NCBI GenBank assembly: GCA_905178155.1
Contig: CAJINV010000001.1
Coordinates: 8,029,599 to 8,093,598 of the forward strand
Direction: 5' to 3'
Source: Amoebophrya sp. A120
Taxonomy: Eukaryota; Protista; Dinoflagellata
DNA: 64,000 nucleotides
The translations under genes and the position numbers were made by a program. The notes under the pieces are model-generated. The model worked only from the letters and a program-made list of their open reading frames with translations. It was not told where the DNA came from and did no database searches. Below are positions 57,101 to 64,000 of this stretch, one piece after another (the stretch's first letter is position 1; every line of letters starts with the position of its first letter).

Positions 57101-60100
57101 TCTGGGACAGGGGCTTGACCCTGCAACTGTGGATCAGGACGAGGAAACCAGTCGCCTGACTGCGCAGTCCAGACAAAACATCCGTTCCCCTCCGGTAAAG
57201 AAAAACATTGTGTACAAGGATACAGCTACAACAAGTTCTGCGAGTAAACCAAGTCCGTCGCGGGCACGAAGTTTTCCAGCGGCGACGCCGTCCGGCGCGC
57301 ATGCGGACACTGTACTAAAGATGAAGACGGGGAATGACACGTCGACTTCGGCAGGCGCGCCTTCCGCGGCTTCGGAACCAGATAAGGATGTCGCTTTTCT
57401 CTTTGAGCAGAAGTTGCAGACGCAGAAGAAACTGATCGAGCAGAAAAGTGCCTGGTTCCAGCGGCAAATTGAGGAGACGGAAACCGAGCGCGCTCGGCTG
57501 GAGATGGAGAAAGATAAACTTGCAGTCGAATTGATCGAGGTACTTCTAATTTCTTGTGTCTCAGTTGCTGTGACTGGCTCATCGTTGAAAGTCATGATTT
57601 GCCATTATTTGGCGTTTGCCGGCAGTGCATAGCGCGATGAAGAAGTTTTGACATTGTTTGCATTCTGTACCTTTCGTGCAATTTACTAAAGAGCTGGGTA
57701 GATATTCTTTCGACGCACGGTTCGAAGCTCCAAGCAGAGCCATTTCCTAGGACGTTTCTGCGCTTCTCGGCAGTACGTAGCACAACGAAGTTTTGATATT
57801 TCCACGATTTCCAGGTAAAGCGGCGCGCACTGTTAGCAGCCGAGCGGGAGCTGGAGGATTTCAAGCGCCGTGTCACCGCTGAACAAGACGAGATGAAAGC
57901 TCTGCATGCAGAGCAGGTCGCCGACGTGCAGCGCCAGGTCGACGTAGTTCAGCAGGCAGCGGATTTGTACGGAAAACTTTGTGAGCACGTCGTGGAAACG
58001 CTTACTGCAAAGGGTGCTGCAGCCGCAGCAGGGATGGATAACAGCACAACGGCAGCCGGCGCCGACTTGGAGACGTTGCTCGCCTACACGCAGAAAAACG
58101 ACCTATTCACCGTTACAGAGGAACGAGGTTCAACATCCGCGCAGTCTCGCGCGACGCTTGATAGCCCCGCACTGAAGCAAAAATTTTCCGGTATAGTTGA
58201 CTCGAACAGAGTAGACTCAGCCCGGTTATTTCGCGATTTGGCGAAGCTGAGCCAGAGCGCGCGTTACTCTGACGCCGTGCAGCGCGTGAATTTGACCGCA
58301 CCGGACTCCACTGCGCAAGAGCGGTTTGTCGCTTTCGAGAAGACCGTGGAGAGCTTTCAGCAGTTTTTTCAGGCGGACATCAGCGCCATGGAGTTGGCCG
58401 ACCGTGTCCGGACCAAACTCGCGGTGGCGGTGAACGAGTACCAAAAGGTAAACAAGAATGCAGATCTTCTAGGGAGCAATGTCGCAATGACCAATCAGAA
58501 GCAGGTCCGGCTCGAATTGCCAGGAGAGGCCTTCCAGTTGCTTCTGTCCGCGGATTCTGCCATTGAAGTAGCTGCGTTCTACGAGTTCAAGCTATTCCGC
58601 TTGAAAAAGTACATGGAGTATTGCGGCATGCTGCAAACGGATCTGGACACCACAAATCTGCGCGCGGAAGCCGCAGCGAAGGAACGCGACGACGAATTTC
58701 GTGGGCTCGAGGATTTGATGTGGGATCTAAAGGTCAAGCATGAAAAATCAATGCGTGATCTGGAACAGAAGCACCAATTGGAACTCACCCAGCTAAATAC
58801 CTCCTGGGAACAAGAGTTTTACGCAATGTCAAGTCAAGTTCAGGAGCTTCAGCAACAGGCCGCAGCGGCGGTATACAATGCAGCGTATCAAGCTGCGCAA
58901 CCCGCGGAGGAGGAGGTCAACGAACAGATGGAAGACGACACTGCGGAACAGGAAACTGCGCTCCTGGACGAAGATGCGCCAGAAGACGAGCAGTTGCTGG
59001 GACAAACAGACGTCAAACCTCGACACTTGGAACTTGAGCAGCAGTTGACTTCCTTGCAAGCGCAATTGGCGGATGGTCCGTTTCGCGCACTAGTTGAAGA
59101 TGCGAATCAGCGCGGCTCACTAGCAATTTTTCTTCAGCAGGTTTTGGACGGCGACGTGGAGCTTCCGGGAGCTAGTCCCGGGCCTTTCGTGGAGCCAGGT
59201 GAGCAGATGTTGGACATGACTGACGGTCAAACGAGCAACAAGGTCGTAGTTGTCACGAGCAATATTGCGCCGCAGCAGCGGGAGGCGCAAGCTCAAGAAG
59301 TCGCGAGATTTCTCGCCGCACAGGACGCTGTGGCAGCCCCTGCGGAGGATGTTGAGCAACGCGCACCTTCCAAGAGCCGAACGTCGACCAGTCCCGCAAC
59401 AGAGCTGAAGCTGCAGGAGAAGGAGAGACTGCGGTTGGAAAAACAGCAGCTGGAAGAGGAACTAGCTGCAGTGAAAGAGGAGCGGTCGGAAATCGAAGAG
59501 CAGCGCGCATCGCAAATGCGCAGTCGGTTGACAAAGCGGGACCCGCGCGTGGGCTTCAGTCGCAGCACGTCCTTCTCGCCCGCCTCGAGGAGCCTGGTGG
59601 ACGGGAACGCCCCTCCGGGGACAGCTGGCGCAAAGAAATTTGACGCTCCCGCCCCAAGTACGGCGGAGCTGGCGAAGGAGCGCGCCGAGCTGGAGCGCAC
59701 AAAAGTCGAGATTCAGAAGCAGCGCGTCAGTGTGGAGAGAATGCGTCGTTTGTACGAACGCAGTAAGGAAGACGCGAACAATCAGAGGTGTGCTCCTGCA
59801 CCGGCTGCGAACTACAAGCTGGAACAAAAATCCCAGGGGCAAAGTTTCATTCGTAATTCCGCGGAACAAGTTGATGGCGACCTGGAGTCGCAGCTACTGC
59901 AGAGCTACAACGAGCGTACCGCGAAAGACGGGCTGCTGGACGAAAGTAGATCGAAAAAGGTCAGCGGAACCGTGCCGAATAGCTGGACTGCACAAAAATC
60001 GCCCGGAGAAGTGCCGGTGAATATCAAGGTTTCTCAACAAGAACAACCGACGCAAATAACTCCACTGAAGCAAACCGAGCGGTTCCAAGGTAGCACCCAG

Positions 60101-61351
60101 CAGATGCTTTACGAGGAGGAGGGAAATCAACAAGCAGAGTCTCCGGAAGTAGAGAAATCCCTGCACAGTTCGACGACCAAGGCGTGGCGAGCTCGTCGAG
60201 GTTTGCTAAGCCAGGATGAGATCGAGGAAACCCGGAACAAAACAAAGTTTTCAACCACCTCTGTCGAAAGCAGAAGCACGAAGCCGCCCAGGACGCCAGT
60301 AGTAGAAAACCCGAACACGACTACACTCATCAGAAGCCCGTTGGACAACACGAACAAGGAGAAGCTCGCGGCTGATGCCACGAAAAACCGAGGCATCCCG
60401 ATGTGGGGCTCCGCGGACCGGCGGATGGCCGCTTTGAAGGAACGGGCGCGTCAGTACGCCTCGGAAGTGGTGAAGCGGAATAAGGAGGAATTCATTCAGC
60501 AGCGTTCCGCGGTGTCTTCACCCGGCGACATGTTTTACTACGCAGACTACAAGTCGTCCGCAACGTCGACGCAAGCGATACCCACTCCTGCAGCCGTGTC
60601 AGCGCGGGTAAACGAGACTACTGCCGGTGGAAAAGCAGATGCTGAATCTAGTAATTCCGCGGAGGACGGCGCACCAGCACAGGCAGAGATACAATTGTCG
60701 GACGCTCCTGCAGAAGCGACACATCAGGTCCCACTTACGGACGATGCAGATGAGCGAATCACAGAAGCTGTTGCTGTGGACCAGATCGAAAAGTCAGAGC
60801 AGGAGGCCTCAGGAGAAAATGAATTTGCGCAACAAGAAGATGTTGAAGGTCTCGACTCATATGCAGCAGAACCAGGAGCGAATGCGTACCAGCAGGGAAG
60901 AACGAGTGTTGCTGGGACCGGGGAGCAAGTGCCGTTGAATTCAAAGTCCTCCGTCGCTGCGTCCTCGACCGCCGCCGCTGCCCCGACTACAACAGCAGCC
61001 GCGAAGGCCCCCGCACCGCTGCAGCTTCGGTCGCCGGTGCGCGCTGCTCGCACGCAGGCACAACTGTCCGCACTGGAGCAGGAGGCCGGGGCTTTGCGAC
61101 GCGGGCTCACGCGATTAAGCGTCACGGGGCTGGAGCAGCAAACCGAGACGCTACGGGAGAACGTACACCGGCTTTCAATGATGGATCCGCTTACACACGC
61201 GCTGACCGATGCACTGCACAAGGCGTACCTGGCCCAAAGTTCTTCCTCAAACAACGTGGCTCAGCAGGACGAAATCGTGATAGAAGCGACCGCAGGCAAC
61301 GCTGGCAGCATCGATGTCACAATTGACACGTCCCCTACGGATAAGAAGTAA
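51116..61351 (+). CDS. Giant (~2900 aa) low-complexity/coiled-coil protein, 4 exons
   Basis: Exons 51116-51634, 51809-54658, 55737-57539 and 57815-61351, all joined in phase 0 by GT-AG introns. Ser/Pro/Arg-rich disordered regions alternate with long heptad stretches. Confidence 0.72.
54660..55731. mobile_element. 1072-bp MITE/foldback-like element acting as a GT-AG intron
   Basis: TIR TTAGCA-n5-CCACCTCGTACTT, 6-bp TSD AGAAGG (54654-59 / 55732-37), mirrored GAGTTCA/TGAACTC arrays and AAGTCAATTG arrays. Intron 54659-55736 joins ELQK to VQTALT. Confidence 0.9.
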
Positions 61352-61971
61352 GTGAGGATACCATAACATAATTCGAACTTGAACCGTTCCTGTGGGAGCG
61401 GTCCTTTCCTCATTGACCATTTTAGTGCTACTTTTTTTACCAGTTTTCTACAAAAAAGTTTGATTCAGATTCTAGTACGACTGATGTTTTGGCATTTAAG
61501 TAATATTACTTCTTTTTCTGCAAATGTACAGGCCCACTTTTGCTGATAGTTTGCACACGAGCAACTTTCATCTGTGTCAGGCTTCATTTTGATTTAGTAT
61601 TCACTGTTATTTCACAAGTTTGAGTTTCAAGTTTTCCAAGTATCGCCTGAAGATTTTTGTGTACACCACTTTTGTAATGATCACGACTGTAGTTTCCAGT
61701 ATTGGTTTCAAATTTATAATGTCCAAAACCGCAGATTGGTATGATTGCTACGCCACACTCACAAGATACGTAATCTAAAGCGTTGCTGCTCTCTTGGAGA
61801 TGGAGTATCACTCTTGTTGTGCCGCAAAGTTGTTCCGAGAAGATAGGCGGTTTCTAGGAAGCAAGTCTTCAAGCAGCTTACCAGTATACGGCAAAAGCTC
61901 CGTACACGGTTTTCCCATCCTGCGCTTGTCGAGCAAAGGACCCAAAAAGTTACTTACTTAAAAGGGCAAAC

Positions 61972-62307
61972 ATGGGAGTCGTCTCGTATTTTGGTCAACG
62001 CACCGTCCTGCTTGCTTTTGCTGTCGCAAACACAGCCCTCGCTGTCCAGCTCCAGTTTCAGACCGGAGAAACGGCGAAGAAAACCGCTGCGAGCACGCTT
62101 GCCGACACGTCTTTCCAAGACATTATGCGCAACGCGATGAAGGACGCAGACGATATTGACATGGACTCGGCCGAATACCAGGAGTCCGCGGCAGCGCTGT
62201 CGGCTTCCCTGGGCTCAGATTGGAACGGCGCGGAAATCGAACGTCGTGCGGATCAAGCAAATCACGCGTTGCTGGACGGAATCGCGAATCCGAGACAGGT
62301 CCTTTGA
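61972..62307 (+). CDS. Small secreted hypothetical protein
   Basis: 111 aa with a signal-peptide-like leader (RTVLLAFAVANTALA) and an acidic helical remainder. Confidence 0.65.
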   Translation: MGVVSYFGQRTVLLAFAVANTALAVQLQFQTGETAKKTAASTLADTSFQDIMRNAMKDADDIDMDSAEYQESAAALSASLGSDWNGAEIERRADQANHALLDGIANPRQVL

Positions 62308-63448
62308 TAGCGTTGTTTGGTTGCTTAGCCTTGTTTCTTCTGTTACGGGAGCAGTTTCTTGCTACTCTCGTTTGCATTGATGATTGTGTTTGTGATATCA
62401 CAATCTGTAAAACATCATTTCGCAGGTGTCCGCCTTGACGCAGATGTTGGGTGCACTTGCCGGCGGCCTGGGGCACTAGAACTAGACGGCAGCTGGGCGC
62501 GGAGCCACTGCAGCTTGCCGAAACAAATGACTTCTTCCACAGCTGCAAACAAATTTGTTTTCCTGACTGGTGATTCTGATTAGCAAAAAATGCAGAGTGT
62601 AAATATCTTGTCGCATGCAAAACGACAAGAATAAGAAAAGCAGTGCAGAATTTTGCGACAGCTCGAAAGCCAGGAGGCTTTGATCATTTGTGGTGTGTGG
62701 AAAGTTGGTTGACGAGGTGTCTTCGCTTAGGCTCTGACAGAGCATCAGTCCTGGAAGATCTATCAAGGTCATTCTGCTAAGCAAGTAGAGCAAGAAGATC
62801 CTCTGCTATCTAGTGATCATGCACGACATGGTGGTCCTGATCCTGCTCGTGTCCAAGTTGAATCCCTTGCTTCGAAGCTTGTGACCTCTGTACGCAGTGC
62901 AGCGTTCGTGCAATTGTCGTGTCACCGTAGTTCCTGTATAGTACATCCACATCTTTCGTTTTCCAGGGCGATATGTTGATAATCTTTCAACACGAGGAGG
63001 ATTCTTTATCCGCTCGAAAATCTTGATTTAGATTTATTCTTTGAAATGAACTTGCGATTGAATTTCATTTAGAAAGCGACATTCTCTCCCATCGCCAACT
63101 AGCTTTTCGTGAAGCTGCTCTACCCAACGACAAAAAGAAAGTATGTTTGAGTTAGAAAGAAAAGTAAAAGATTCGACGCCCCAAGATTAATGTACTAGTA
63201 CATCGCAAATGTACTACAACAAGAGAACTGAGCTAGAGCTTTTCACGTTGACTACCGATCGGCAAGTTCCGTTTGCTTGCTTTAGAATTGTGCAGCTGAA
63301 TAGAAATACGACTAAAGTACTTGAGCAAGAGAAATAGGAACTAGAAAGTCACTTAGCGACACCAGATTTCACTCAAGAAAGTTGCCAATAATTTTTTCCA
63401 ACAATAGAAGTTGAAGTTTACGTTTAGTACAAATCTTTTTGTGGCAGT

Positions 63449-64000
63449 ATGGCGCCAAAACGGAAGGATGGAACCAAGGCACCCCAAGCAAGGGGTGCCA
63501 ACAAGGCGAAAGCAGACCCAGCAGAGAAGGCTGGCGAAGCGCTTTTGCCAAACGGGAAAAAGCGGAAGCAGTCGGTGAATGTGGAGGCTGTAGTTGGGGT
63601 GATGAAGAAAAAAGGCCGGGGTAAAGGGAAGGCCAAGCCAGAGCCTCAACCGTCAGCGTCATCTTCATCTTCCTCGTCGTCGTCCCATGATCAGACGGGT
63701 AAGAATGAAAAGCAAGGCGTTCTCGCAGCGGCTATGAAGAAGCGGAAGGCGGTATCCGAGAAGAAAACCCGCGGCCGGCCGAAGGCTTCAGCAAAGGACG
63801 CTAAGTCTTCGAAAACCACAGGCAAATCCCGCAAAGTAATGAAGCAGGACGTTAAGCCTAAGCCGCGCAAGGTCAAGGAAAAGGCCGCGAAAGAGTCCAA
63901 GGACGCGGATAATCGAAAGGAGAAACGTGACACGAGCGTGAAAGGCGAAAAAGTAAAAAGCGCTCGGAACAAGGCCGGGCAGGAGCGCCAGGACCCCAAG
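63449..64000 (+). CDS. Lys-rich basic, probably nuclear, protein; 3' end runs out of the window
   Basis: Open frame from ATG 63449 (MAPKRKDG...VMKKKGRGKGK...AAMKKRK...KTRGRPK...) to the window end. It is absent from the ORF track because it has no stop. Confidence 0.7.
   Translation, partial: MAPKRKDGTKAPQARGANKAKADPAEKAGEALLPNGKKRKQSVNVEAVVGVMKKKGRGKGKAKPEPQPSASSSSSSSSSHDQTGKNEKQGVLAAAMKKRKAVSEKKTRGRPKASAKDAKSSKTTGKSRKVMKQDVKPKPRKVKEKAAKESKDADNRKEKRDTSVKGEKVKSARNKAGQERQDPK

Noticed and set aside
14265-57814. Terminal inverted repeats in the ordinary GT-AG introns
   Set aside because: I checked the ends of the remaining canonical introns by eye and found no convincing TIR; only short AG|G-type junction repeats occur.
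2267-61254. Many long minus-strand ORFs (for example 7236-8165, 46731-47597, 53173-53991)
   Set aside because: They are antisense shadows of GC-rich + strand genes and have no recognisable motifs.
1-64000. Dinoflagellate spliced-leader relic (CCGTAGCCATTTTGGCTCAAG), tRNA or rRNA genes
   Set aside because: No match was seen by eye; a tRNAscan-SE/Infernal run is needed to exclude small RNAs.

Overview
This is eukaryotic, gene-dense genomic DNA with about 20 protein-coding genes. Every confidently identified gene is on the + strand, and several contain spliceosomal introns. One-directional gene order, divergent proteins with long low-complexity inserts and inverted-repeat non-canonical introns suggest a dinoflagellate-lineage alveolate, most like the syndinean parasite Amoebophrya. 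That taxonomy is inference only. Recognisable genes: CK1-family kinase, MOG1, a 10-exon CMGC (SRPK/DYRK-like) kinase, a Cys-less pentameric ligand-gated channel, a signal-peptide SAM methyltransferase, riboflavin kinase, a cyclophilin-WW-parvulin fusion and class II fumarase. The strongest signal is a set of small transposon-like elements inside coding sequence that appear to act as introns (introners). Four are 253-322 bp, with ~30-bp terminal inverted repeats (TIRs) of TAT...ATA type and 5-bp target-site duplications (TSDs). Removing each element plus one TSD copy restores the reading frame (and conserved kinase or fumarase motifs) without a GT-AG pair. A 1.07-kb MITE takes GT-AG splice sites from its TSD/TIR junctions, and a 107-bp element is a weaker candidate. 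All gene models were built by hand and need RNA-seq confirmation. No tRNA, rRNA, CRISPR array or transposase was seen.
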